From a virus (lineage: Duplodnaviria; Caudoviricetes), in the IMG/VR virus record IMGVR_UViG_3300025934_000014, positions 32,001 through 96,000 of that record: a stretch of 64,000 bases of DNA. One strand, written 5' to 3'. Position 1 is the first letter of the stretch. Each line of letters opens with the position of its first letter. Shown piece after piece: positions 10,673 through 19,936 of this stretch. The position numbers and the translations under genes are program-made. The notes under the pieces are model-generated. The model was not told the DNA's origin and searched no databases. It was given only the letters and a program-made list of their open reading frames with translations.

Positions 10673-13600
10673 TGAACATCGACGCCAAACTCTCGAACGC
10701 CGACTGGCCCAAGCGCACGCCCGACCGCTTCCCTGCCCGTCGTGTGCATCTGGGCGGAGCCGGGTCCGGTAACTTCGGGCACGCGGGTCGGCCGGGTGAG
10801 ATTGGCGGATCCGCCGAGGGCGATGGCGAGGGCAGCTACAGCAAGAAAAGCGTCAAGGGCAAGAACATCGTCCGGGTGGACGATGAAGCGAACGATGCCG
10901 TCGTGTCGAACGTGCTGGGGCTGCACTCCGAAGCGGCCGTGCGTGACTTGGCCGAGTCGATGGTGCAGTACGCCGATCAGGAGAAGTTCGCGGTCACGAT
11001 CATGACCGAGGGCGGCGGTCCCGACGAGGAGGAACTCCGCGAGAGCTATGACGAGTACGTCGAGCAGTCGCGCCGGGAAGCCCGGAACGACTGGGTGGCC
11101 GAGCGTCGAGATCGCGCGGCCGAGATCGACACGCTCTGGGAGTCGATGAAGGCCGAGGCCGAGGAGGCCCGGCGCACGGGTCCGTATGGTGATACGCGCG
11201 AGATCCCGACGCTGCCGCTAGGCGAAGGCGAAGCCTTCCAGCCGGGCGACACGGCCGAGAAGATCGAGTACGAGGATCTCGTGGAGGGGCTGGATCCGTC
11301 GGCCCCGTGGTCCGAGGACGAGAAGGCCATCCTGCGCGAGCGCCTGATGCAGACGGGTGGTCCCGTGCAGAAGTCCATCAACCAGATGCGCAGCGAGTGG
11401 GACGAGGGCGTCGGGCAGGACTTTGAACCCAACGACTCCTTTCACGAGTGGAGCGCGGAGCAAGACGACAGCAATTACAGCGGCGAAGAAGTAGTGCGCA
11501 TCAAGTTTGCCGGATCCGCTGGCACGCAGATTACCCGCGAGTTCAAGCGCGATGGGAACGGCGAACTGGTCGTGGATCACAGCTACTTCCAAGCGGGGAA
11601 CACGGGCGGTGGCCTCGCGAAGGATCTCCTACGTGCGAGCTTTGACGAGTACGAGCGCATGGGCGTGGACAAGGTCACGGTCCACGCGAACATCGACGTG
11701 GGTGGCTACGCGTGGGCGAAGTTCGGCTTCAAGGTCGATGACGACGAGCACGGCGGACCTGATGTCGATAGCCTGATCGCTCGTGCCGAGCGCCGGGGCA
11801 TGATCACGCACGAGGAGCGGCTTCAGTTAGAGGACATTGCCACCGAGACGGACGGCGAGGACACGCAACTCTGGGCGATTGCGGATGCGACGAGCGAGGG
11901 CAAGAAGATCGGGTCGGCCGTGTTGCTGGGCAGCGACTGGTACGGACAAATCCGCCTCAAGGACAAGGAGGCGATGAACCGGTTGCACAAGTATCTCTCG
12001 GCATCGAAACCCGAGAAGGCGCTCCCTAAGAAACCCGCGCCAGCGCCAGTGCCAGTGACTGGAAAGCCTGAAGACAAACTCGCGGCGAAAGCAGGGGCGC
12101 TCACGGCGGAGCGTCGTCGGCTGATTGATACTGCGCGTGGCACGGCGGCTGAGGACGCGCGGTTGCGCGAGATCGATACCGAACTTCGGCGGCTGCAACG
12201 CGAGGCCCAGCGCGTCGTGCGTCCGTCGAACCAGAAAGCGAAGGAGACGGTCGCACAACGCGAACGACGCAAGCGTGAACGCGCCGACGTGCTGGCCGAG
12301 CAGAAAGAGCGGAACGCGAATCGGAAGCGACTGGGATTATCACCCATCAACTTTGCCGATGACCCGCCGACGCCCCCAACCGATCCGCCGACGCCTGATG
12401 CGCCGAGGCCGGGCAGTCGCGAGATGTTTTACGAGGAAGCCGACGGCACGCGTGCCGACCGCGACCTGTGGCGCGATCTGCTGGGCGAGGACTTCCCTGA
12501 CGACCTTCCACCGAAGCCGACCTCGCTGTACCGCGACAAGCTCCGGTCGATGCAACTGGAGTGGGACGAGGGCGAGCATCCGCGTGACGCACGCGGCCAG
12601 TTCGAGGACTCACACTCGCCGGGTGAGGCGCTGCATTCCCTGCTGGACGGCCACAAGACCAACATCGATCCACATCACGTCCGGGCGCTGCTGAAGAAGG
12701 CGCTCAAGCAGGGACTGGACGCGGATCTCACCGATCTGCACGTCAACGGGCATCTCATCTTCGGCGGCAACGGACTGGGCATCGCGCGAGCGGACATGCC
12801 GCAGATTCCGCCCGAGCATCGCGAGCCGTTCCTCCAGTCACTGCGGGACGCTGGCGTCACGGTGACGCGGGAGATGGTGAACCCGCTGACGCTCGCGCCC
12901 TCACAGAAAGAAATCTCCGCACGCCGCGCCGCCGAGAAGCTGGACAAACTCGAAACCAAGGGCAAGCCGTTCAAGCCGGTCTTGGTGTCACAGGGGAACC
13001 GCGTGCTCGACGGGCATCACCACTGGGCCGCAGCCGCCGCGCTGGCGCTGGAGCACCCAGAGATGAAGGTGCCGATCTATCGCATCAAGCTGCCGACGCG
13101 CCGGGCGCTGGCGAAGATGCACACGTACGACAAGACGCACGGCATTGAGCGCGTGGCGTTGTCGGCCATCGAGAGCGACGAGGTGACGGCGCATGAACAA
13201 GTGCTCCTGCTCGACTGGGACGAGAGCCTGCACCCACGCGCCGACGACGGCGAGTTCACCGATGGCTCCGGCGGCGGGAGCAATGCGTCTCCGTACGCGG
13301 TGTCGGAGGATGCACCTAGAGGCGGCGAAGGCCAGCAGGCGCTGTTCGAGTACCAGCCCGAGGCCGGGAGCGAAACCGCGCTGAAGATCGAAGCATCGAA
13401 GGGAATCGCGGCCATTGAGAAGCTCCTGCCAGACGCGATTGACGATGCGGACTATAAGGTCGCGGTCAAGTCGTGGGACGAACTGGACTCCGACGATCAG
13501 AACTCGGCCGAGGAGTCCTACATTGACGACATCATCAATGACAGCGGCCCGTCAGAGGCCGGGCAGGAAGCCTCCGACGCATACGTGAGCGAGCACCTCA

Positions 13601-14967
13601 ACGAGTCTGATATTCACGAGAAGATGATCGAGGACGGGTTCGCGGAAGACTTCGTGGGGCTGGACGAGCGGCGCGACCTTGATCCGAACGCGTACGGCGA
13701 TGCGTACGGCGATGCGAAGGAGGCGCTGACCAATAAGTTGCGGGACAGCGATGGCGCGATGGAAGCCTACTCGGACGCGTCTCGCGAGTACGCGCAGAAC
13801 GACTGGAATGAATTGAGTTCCAGTGAGCAGTTCGATTACGCCAAGGACCACGGCTTCGCGACCGGAGCCAACCTGCGGCCGGGCGCACCGGACACGTGGG
13901 TGTGGGACAGCGACCGCGAGGAGGACGAACCCGAGAGCGAGGACTACCTCCGCACACGGGTCATCGCGAATGAACTGGTGACGGAGCGCACCACTGCGCT
14001 CATGAAAGAGCGCGGCCTCCCCACGGAGCCGGGTACCCCGACACCGGAATTCATCAGTCAGCAGTTGTGGGACGCATGGAAAAGCGACTCCCAGTCCTCA
14101 CTGGGGTACGCGATGCAGATCGCCGTGTCAGAGGAACTGGGCACGCATTCGACGCCCTCGATCACGTCGGCCGAGCGCGAGGCCGCAGAGAAGGCGATGA
14201 TCGACACGTTCACGACGAAAGCGGAACGGCAGGCGATGAGTCCCGAGGCGCTGGGGATCATCAAGGAGATCGACAAGCTCCCCGCCGACCAGCGCACGGA
14301 CGCCCTCAATCGGGCCATTGAGGCGCAGCAGGCTGGCAAGGGAGCCATCCTCAAACTGGCGAAGGATCGCGTGAAAGCCTACGTACGCGGCCAGTGGGAG
14401 ACGACCCAGTTCCTGCTGCATCAGGCCGACACGTTGCGTGTGCCGGTGTATCGCGCCATCGTGCGCCCCCGCGACGAACTCGATCAGACGCGTCACGTGG
14501 ATCTGGAAGCCGGAACGAAGCTCCCGGATTATCAACTCCGGCAGAATGCGGCAGCGTCGGCCACGACGAAGCGTCAGGTCGCCAACGAGTGGAACGGCGT
14601 CAGTGTGCGCCTCGATCCGAACAAGTCGCAGCGGGTGGTCCTGCGCTTCGACGCGCCGCGCACGGCGGTCTTCTCGCTGCCGGTGTACGGGCAGAATGTC
14701 TACAACGAGTCCGAGGTCGTGCTGATGGGCACGAAGGGCTTGAAGTGGGACGCGTGGCTCAAGGAAGGTCCGGAGTTCAAGGAGCAGCGGATCGACATGG
14801 CTCGCTTCAAGGTGGAGATCGAGATGGACGAAACGCCGAAGCCGCCGCCGCCCCCGGCGAAGAAGGGTCCAGTGATTGACCTCCTGAAGGATCAGGAGAA
14901 GCACTGGCTGCACCCGGACCACTACAAGTTCAAGACGCGGAAGCCGAAGAAGCCCGAGGCGAAGTGA
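10669..14967 (+). CDS. Polyvalent protein 4 (1432 aa): GNAT, ParB/Srx, acidic region, R-S-E ART
   Basis: GGGLAK..ANIDVGGYAWAKFGF (~11520-12000); RADMPQI..PSQKEI..VLDGHHHWAA (~12720-13140); VYRA..ASATT..NESEVVLMG (~14060-14760), paralogous to the second ART of 8615-10672. Confidence 0.85.
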   Translation: MMNIDAKLSNADWPKRTPDRFPARRVHLGGAGSGNFGHAGRPGEIGGSAEGDGEGSYSKKSVKGKNIVRVDDEANDAVVSNVLGLHSEAAVRDLAESMVQYADQEKFAVTIMTEGGGPDEEELRESYDEYVEQSRREARNDWVAERRDRAAEIDTLWESMKAEAEEARRTGPYGDTREIPTLPLGEGEAFQPGDTAEKIEYEDLVEGLDPSAPWSEDEKAILRERLMQTGGPVQKSINQMRSEWDEGVGQDFEPNDSFHEWSAEQDDSNYSGEEVVRIKFAGSAGTQITREFKRDGNGELVVDHSYFQAGNTGGGLAKDLLRASFDEYERMGVDKVTVHANIDVGGYAWAKFGFKVDDDEHGGPDVDSLIARAERRGMITHEERLQLEDIATETDGEDTQLWAIADATSEGKKIGSAVLLGSDWYGQIRLKDKEAMNRLHKYLSASKPEKALPKKPAPAPVPVTGKPEDKLAAKAGALTAERRRLIDTARGTAAEDARLREIDTELRRLQREAQRVVRPSNQKAKETVAQRERRKRERADVLAEQKERNANRKRLGLSPINFADDPPTPPTDPPTPDAPRPGSREMFYEEADGTRADRDLWRDLLGEDFPDDLPPKPTSLYRDKLRSMQLEWDEGEHPRDARGQFEDSHSPGEALHSLLDGHKTNIDPHHVRALLKKALKQGLDADLTDLHVNGHLIFGGNGLGIARADMPQIPPEHREPFLQSLRDAGVTVTREMVNPLTLAPSQKEISARRAAEKLDKLETKGKPFKPVLVSQGNRVLDGHHHWAAAAALALEHPEMKVPIYRIKLPTRRALAKMHTYDKTHGIERVALSAIESDEVTAHEQVLLLDWDESLHPRADDGEFTDGSGGGSNASPYAVSEDAPRGGEGQQALFEYQPEAGSETALKIEASKGIAAIEKLLPDAIDDADYKVAVKSWDELDSDDQNSAEESYIDDIINDSGPSEAGQEASDAYVSEHLNESDIHEKMIEDGFAEDFVGLDERRDLDPNAYGDAYGDAKEALTNKLRDSDGAMEAYSDASREYAQNDWNELSSSEQFDYAKDHGFATGANLRPGAPDTWVWDSDREEDEPESEDYLRTRVIANELVTERTTALMKERGLPTEPGTPTPEFISQQLWDAWKSDSQSSLGYAMQIAVSEELGTHSTPSITSAEREAAEKAMIDTFTTKAERQAMSPEALGIIKEIDKLPADQRTDALNRAIEAQQAGKGAILKLAKDRVKAYVRGQWETTQFLLHQADTLRVPVYRAIVRPRDELDQTRHVDLEAGTKLPDYQLRQNAAASATTKRQVANEWNGVSVRLDPNKSQRVVLRFDAPRTAVFSLPVYGQNVYNESEVVLMGTKGLKWDAWLKEGPEFKEQRIDMARFKVEIEMDETPKPPPPPAKKGPVIDLLKDQEKHWLHPDHYKFKTRKPKKPEAK

Positions 14968-16241
14968 TGCCCAGTCTCCAGCGCGACCAGATCGACGGCC
15001 GGTGGGCCACCATCGCGTACCTCCACGACGACGCACTGGTGGACCCCGACCGCGCGACGACGGCGATTGCGAAGTTCGACAACGGCGAGGTCATCCTGCT
15101 CGCGGTCACGCAGGAGCGGTCGCTGGCGCTCCCCGTGGGCGAGGTGATTACCATGCCGTTCGCGGACTACGAAGACTTCGCGGACTGCGTCGAGAAGAAT
15201 CAGGACAAGGACGACCCGAAGGCGTTCTGCGGCTGGCTGAAGCATCGCATCGAAGGGTCGGACCCGCCGCCGGTGGACCTGAGTTACCGGGACAAGCTCG
15301 CCCTGACACTGGCGGTCGCGAACTATGATAGTATAGATGCACGTCACCTTGAGTGGGACGAGGGGCAACACCCGCGTGCGGATGACGGGAAGTTCAGCGA
15401 AGGAGACGGCAGCAATGGCGGACACGCCGACGGACAACCGCAAGGATCGGGAACTGACGGAGGAGGAGGAAGATCGGTATCCGCCCCCGCCGCCAAAACG
15501 CACGCCCGTCCCGGAGCCGACCCCGCCGCCACGCGCGTAGCGGACAGCTACAACGAGCAGCACGGACTCCCGCCGGTCGATCACAGCACCTACGCAGAGG
15601 TTGACCAGCCGCGTGCGCGGAGCATTGCCGACGCGTACGACGCGCTGCCGGTCAACGACCAAGACAACCCCAAGGTCAAGGAAGCCTACGCCGCGCTGAG
15701 CACGGAGATTCAACAGCAGTGGGACCACATCGTCGCCAGCGGCATGACGTTGGAGCCGTGGACACAAGAGGGTCAGCCCTATCAGACCTCGACCGAGATG
15801 GTCGCGGACGTGAAGAACAACAAGCACATGTACTTCTACACGGGTGGCGAGCCGCACCCGTTGATCGGGGCGAAGTCGAAGGACAAGTCCGGGCTGTCCC
15901 TGAACGAGAAGTTCCGCGCCGTCCATGACTACTTCGGTCACGCCGCAGGCGGGTACGGCTTCGGGCCGCGTGGCGAGGAGAACGCGTGGCGCTCGCACTC
16001 GCAGATGCTGACGATGCCAGCGCGGCGTGCGTTGACGACGGAGACGCGCGGCCAGAATTCGTGGGTCAACTTCGGACGCCAGAACTACGAGGCCGACGGC
16101 ACGCACAAGAACCTGCCGCCCGGCGAGCGCCCGTTCGCCGCGCAGAAGGTGGCGCTCCTGCCGGACGAGTATGTGCTGATGCCCGGTGAGCAGCCGAAGT
16201 CGCTGTCGGCGTATCGCCAGCGGCTGCTGGGGGTCATGTGA
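14964..16241 (+). CDS. Polyvalent protein 5: IDGR domain, PFADY..DCV..C mini-domain, tags D+C, HDxxGH putative metalloenzyme
   Basis: FRAVHDYFGH..FGPRGEENAW..TETRGQNSWVNFG (~15915-16080); GTGA overlap. Confidence 0.75.
   Translation: MMPSLQRDQIDGRWATIAYLHDDALVDPDRATTAIAKFDNGEVILLAVTQERSLALPVGEVITMPFADYEDFADCVEKNQDKDDPKAFCGWLKHRIEGSDPPPVDLSYRDKLALTLAVANYDSIDARHLEWDEGQHPRADDGKFSEGDGSNGGHADGQPQGSGTDGGGGRSVSAPAAKTHARPGADPAATRVADSYNEQHGLPPVDHSTYAEVDQPRARSIADAYDALPVNDQDNPKVKEAYAALSTEIQQQWDHIVASGMTLEPWTQEGQPYQTSTEMVADVKNNKHMYFYTGGEPHPLIGAKSKDKSGLSLNEKFRAVHDYFGHAAGGYGFGPRGEENAWRSHSQMLTMPARRALTTETRGQNSWVNFGRQNYEADGTHKNLPPGERPFAAQKVALLPDEYVLMPGEQPKSLSAYRQRLLGVM
15415..15540 (+). CDS. Nested out-of-frame small acidic/Pro-rich peptide (41 aa)
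   Basis: AGGAG 15401-15405, ATG 15415, TAG 15538-15540; TG-a-TAGTAT extended -10 at 15326-15334 upstream. Confidence 0.4.
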   Translation: MADTPTDNRKDRELTEEEEDRYPPPPPKRTPVPEPTPPPRA

Positions 16242-16894
16242 TCGCCTACCGCGAGAAGCTCGCCGTGCTCGCGCTGGGAGATGTCGAAGGGCATCCCTTT
16301 CGCGGCAACCAGTGGACGGATGGCGAGGGCGGCGGCACCGATGGCGAGCACTGGGCGTGGGGCGACACGGGGACCAAGAGCGCCATCCGCATATACACGC
16401 AGGGCAACGCCCGGTACATGAACGAACTGCTGCGCGTGACGGCGAAACGGGCGCGAGGAGAGACGGTCACGGGGCGGTTCAGTACTGGCCCGTACGCGAA
16501 AGCAGTTCCCGACGCCGATGCGGTACGGCTACTCGATGCGCACATGCGAAAGAATCCATTTCCCGAGGACACGACGCTCACGCGCACGGTGTCCAACTTC
16601 GTCGTGAAGGGATTGGATGTTGGGGATGTGTACCAAGACGACGGCTACGCGTCCACCACGTCAGACGCAGGCATGCTCGATCAGATCCGCGCCGACATCG
16701 GCGTGAGCATGCCGTCCTACCAGACGAAGCTGACCGTGCTGGCCCCCAAGGGGCTGGGGCGCATCGACGTGAACAAGGAGATCGGCACGGACCACGAATA
16801 CTCCCATCAGCACGAAGTCATCCTGCCGCGTGGCCTCCGGTACAAGGTCGTCAGCAAGGGTCCGAACGAAATGACCGTACAGGTGCTCCAGTGA
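16238..16894 (+). CDS. Tagged VIP2/C3-like ADP-ribosyltransferase
   Basis: Tags D+B, then IYT..MNELLR..LTR..GYASTT..HQHEVILPRG (R-STT-QxE). Confidence 0.85.
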   Translation: MIAYREKLAVLALGDVEGHPFRGNQWTDGEGGGTDGEHWAWGDTGTKSAIRIYTQGNARYMNELLRVTAKRARGETVTGRFSTGPYAKAVPDADAVRLLDAHMRKNPFPEDTTLTRTVSNFVVKGLDVGDVYQDDGYASTTSDAGMLDQIRADIGVSMPSYQTKLTVLAPKGLGRIDVNKEIGTDHEYSHQHEVILPRGLRYKVVSKGPNEMTVQVLQ

Positions 16895-19302
16895 GAGACG
16901 CCCACGCCGACCGATTCGCGTTGAAGGCTGGTGACTTCGTCATCGTCTCCAAGGCGAAGAAGGCGCTGAGCGCGGACCCGTTCCTCCTCGGGGATACCGA
17001 GGGGCATCCGTTTCGCGGGAACCAGTACACCAACGCGGGTGAACACGTCGAGGTCGAGGGCCGGTCGATCAAGGTCACGCACAGTGCTCGCGCTCGACGC
17101 GCTGGCGACGTGCTCGTGCCCGTGGACATGGCGAAGTTCGATGCCGCATGGAAGCAGGACACCGGCTTCCACATCGACCCGTCAGGCACCGGCGCGATTC
17201 ACGGGCGGCTGGAGCGCATTGCGGACTTCCTGAAGACCTCGCCGCAGATGGACGCCGCCGAGGTCAACGTCGATGCCGATGGCCGCGTCGGCTTCACGAA
17301 CGGGCGTCACCGCATGGCCTACCTGCGCGACAAGGGCGTGACGCGGGTGCCGGTGTCGATGACGAAGGAGTCGCGAGCGAACGCGAAGAAGCATGGGCTG
17401 ATCGCCGCCGAGCGCACGGACCTCCGTGGGCTGTTCCAGTTGTACAGCGATGACCAGCCGCGCGATGAGCAGGGCCGGTTCGCGGAGACGGGTTCGTCGC
17501 CGTACGCGGCCGAGCCGCGCGTGTTCAATACCGACGATGACCTGATCTCGGAACGGAACTGGGGCAAGGACCAGTGGGTCTGGAAGGACAAGAAAACCGG
17601 CAAGGGGTCCGGGATGCTGCTGACCGGCGAACCGATCCCGCGTGCGCAGCTACCGACGGAGTTGTACCACGTCACGACGAACGCGCCAGCGGTCGAGGCC
17701 AGCGGCGTGCTCTTGGGTCAGCGATCCGATGCCGGGCTTGGCGGCGGGCAGGCTGACGGCGTGTCGTTCACCTCGTCCAAAGAGGACGCACGGGTCATCC
17801 AGCGCGAACTGGTGCGCAGCGTGAAGATCGCCCGAGGCGACGACGACGGCATGGACGCTATCGCGCAGTACGCGCGTGAGGACGAGAAGGAGGCGGGACT
17901 GCCGCCGGGCACGCTCGACCACGCCGTGGAGTTCGCCCGGAGCGGCTGGGATGCGGGAGCGCAGTCGCGCACGGCCACCTTCACGGACGGGGCGTATCAC
18001 GACGACATTCCGCTGCCGAAGGACGAGCAGGCCCGGTTGCGTCGGAGCAGCACGAAGGATGCGTTGAACGCGTACCTTCAGATTCGCGGCCACCATGACG
18101 ACACGCATCCGATCCTGAAGAACCCGATCCTGTTTGGCCGTCAAGAGAAGCTCGCGAAGATCGACCCCGACTCGATCAAGACACTGACGATCCCGACGAA
18201 GAACATCCCGGCCAAGGCGCTGGTCACAACCGGGTCCGACAAGTTCCTGCATGAGGTCCGGGCGTACGCGGACGTACCGGCCGGTGGTGCGACTGCGACG
18301 AAGCTGTACCGGGACAAGCTCGTGTCGATTATCAATCTGCCCGACATCAGTGACGTGTCGTTCCCGTCGATGGTCGGGGCGATCCCGTCGAAGCCACCCA
18401 AGCGGAAACGGACGCGCACGCTCTACAAGGGCGTGAGCCTGAGCCGACGGCCGATGAAGTTCGAGGCCAAGGTGCTGTCGCTGACGGAGATCCCCCGGCG
18501 ACTCGACGCGTGCCGCGACACGCTGCTGGGTTGTGACGAGGACCGCTGGCGCGACACGCTGCACGATCTCGCCGCGTACGGCGCGAGCGAAGTGCTGATG
18601 GAACTGGTGCGGCAGGGCGCACCGGCGCGGCTGGGCACGCGCGAGATCCCGGTCGATGTGGACGGCATCTGCGCGGCGGTGCTGGCTGACCGGGCACGGG
18701 CGCTCACCAGCCTGCGCGAGGACTACGAGGCGCGGCTCCGGCGGCGACGGATCGGGGCCGACCGGCGCGAGGCGCTCACCCGGTCGTTCACGGATCGGCG
18801 CTCGCCGTCGCTGCTGAAGCGGTTCGCCAGCCGGGCGACCAACGAAGCGTTCGCGCTGGGTCGCTCGACGGCGATGCAGGCGCTCCGGCGCTCGCGCATC
18901 CCGCTGGAGTTTGAACTGGCCTACCGGGACGAGAACGGCAAGTTCATCAGCAAGGCCGAGGCCGTGGCCGGGGGCGAGGCCATCGTGGACGCGGTCATCC
19001 AGACGGCGGTCATGGACACGGGCACGTGCGATGAGTGCGCTGAGGTCGATGGCGAGTCGATGGAACTGGGCAGCGACCGGCAGGAGGAACTGCGCCCACC
19101 CTACGTGAAGTGCCTCGGCGGGGATGCCTGCCGGTGCGTCCAGATCGCGCTCCTCTCCGACGGCAGCGAAATCGACGTGGACGAAATTGACGAGGACACG
19201 CTGGGCGACCACGAGAGCGACAAGCCGAGTAAGCCGAGCACGAAGGCCGCGCCCGAGGCCGACACGGCCGATACCGGCGACGAGAGTGATAGCGAGGATT
19301 GA
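16891..19302 (+). CDS. Polyvalent protein with C-terminal MuF (Mu gpF/SPP1 gp7-like) domain; also ParB/Srx and possible ART-like domain
   Basis: GTG start at 16891 (GTGA overlap); FTNGRHRMAYLRDKG; LYHVTT..GVSFT..E; C-terminal NEAFALGR..AVMDTGTCDEC..DG..PP..C.GG..CRC; lies just before the protease. Confidence 0.8.
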   Translation: MRDAHADRFALKAGDFVIVSKAKKALSADPFLLGDTEGHPFRGNQYTNAGEHVEVEGRSIKVTHSARARRAGDVLVPVDMAKFDAAWKQDTGFHIDPSGTGAIHGRLERIADFLKTSPQMDAAEVNVDADGRVGFTNGRHRMAYLRDKGVTRVPVSMTKESRANAKKHGLIAAERTDLRGLFQLYSDDQPRDEQGRFAETGSSPYAAEPRVFNTDDDLISERNWGKDQWVWKDKKTGKGSGMLLTGEPIPRAQLPTELYHVTTNAPAVEASGVLLGQRSDAGLGGGQADGVSFTSSKEDARVIQRELVRSVKIARGDDDGMDAIAQYAREDEKEAGLPPGTLDHAVEFARSGWDAGAQSRTATFTDGAYHDDIPLPKDEQARLRRSSTKDALNAYLQIRGHHDDTHPILKNPILFGRQEKLAKIDPDSIKTLTIPTKNIPAKALVTTGSDKFLHEVRAYADVPAGGATATKLYRDKLVSIINLPDISDVSFPSMVGAIPSKPPKRKRTRTLYKGVSLSRRPMKFEAKVLSLTEIPRRLDACRDTLLGCDEDRWRDTLHDLAAYGASEVLMELVRQGAPARLGTREIPVDVDGICAAVLADRARALTSLREDYEARLRRRRIGADRREALTRSFTDRRSPSLLKRFASRATNEAFALGRSTAMQALRRSRIPLEFELAYRDENGKFISKAEAVAGGEAIVDAVIQTAVMDTGTCDECAEVDGESMELGSDRQEELRPPYVKCLGGDACRCVQIALLSDGSEIDVDEIDEDTLGDHESDKPSKPSTKAAPEADTADTGDESDSED

Positions 19303-19646
19303 TGCCGACGGCGACGACCCATCACGGTACCGTGAAAACTCTGCTCCTGATTCTGGCGAAGGTGCTGGGGGCGGACGCGGCCGAGGAGCGACCCCCGGCG
19401 ACCGAGAAGCTCGTGGATCGGCTCGACGTGACCGTGGACGCGTACTGCCCGTGCGGCTCGACGCATCTGCATCACCTCACGCTCGTGTCTACGTCGGAGT
19501 GCGCCCGGTGCAGCCGGACGCTGGCGATTCGCTCGATCCAGTACGTGCGGTCGAACTTCGGGACGATCCCGCAGGCACAGGTGTCGGTCGGCTACGTGTT
19601 CACGCCGGATTCGCTGCGGCGTCGGCGGACCACCGGGGTGCATTGA
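19302..19646 (+). CDS. Small Zn-ribbon protein
   Basis: CPCG...CARC; TGATG coupling. Confidence 0.6.
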   Translation: MPTATTHHGTVKTLLLILAKVLGADAAEERPPATEKLVDRLDVTVDAYCPCGSTHLHHLTLVSTSECARCSRTLAIRSIQYVRSNFGTIPQAQVSVGYVFTPDSLRRRRTTGVH

Positions 19647-19936
19647 GTGGACTGCGGACGCATCTGTCAATGGGACAGCCCGGCGGTTCGGCTGGAGCAG
19701 CGGACGGGCATCTGGCACTGGCACTTCAGGTGCCGGAAATGCCTCCGGATAATATCGTTCACGTCCGCGTACGCCCCGAGTTCGCGGAGCGGGTCCAATA
19801 GATTCAACAACTTACAGGAACGTGTTGCGCCTCAGCCCGAAGCAATCGCAAAGTATGGGGGTTTGGCGGCGGCATCACCCCACCGCTAGTCCCATGTTTT
19901 CATCTTGACTTTGTCGGACAACCTTGCGGTGTTCCA

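Larger units (their letters stand above)
1241..10812 (+). repeat. Peptide tag A, L-GG[PA]GSGNFGHAGRPGE[VI]GGS, 5 copies
   Basis: Copies start at 1241, 5903, 7384, 9707 and 10753; near-identical peptide with divergent synonymous codons. Confidence 0.95.
2060..17030 (+). repeat. Peptide tag B, L-GD[LVT][PE]GH[EDP]F[HR]GNQ[WY], 7 copies
   Basis: Copies start at 2060, 2918, 3407, 4700, 8720, 16277 and 16990. Confidence 0.95.
4010..17482 (+). repeat. Peptide tag C, L-[DE]-WDExxHPRxxxG[RQEK]F, 5 copies plus degenerate ones
   Basis: Copies at 4010, 12562, 13216, 15354 and 17443 (variant YSDDQPRDEQGRF); degenerate at 1193 (LDWHEE) and ~18922 (YRDENGKF). Confidence 0.9.

Noticed and set aside
16186-16890. 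N-terminal extension of the 1038-aa ORF (likewise starts at 7051, 8573, 50004, 55995, 58113)
   Set aside because: Overlaps real upstream genes out of frame; coupled downstream starts are more plausible.
1241-17482. Tags as DNA-level repeats, inteins or DGR template/variable repeats
   Set aside because: Differences are mostly synonymous; no intein termini, adenine-specific variation or reverse transcriptase seen.
19647-19889. 80-aa Cys-containing ORF
   Set aside because: No RBS and atypical composition; region more likely regulatory. Left uncalled.
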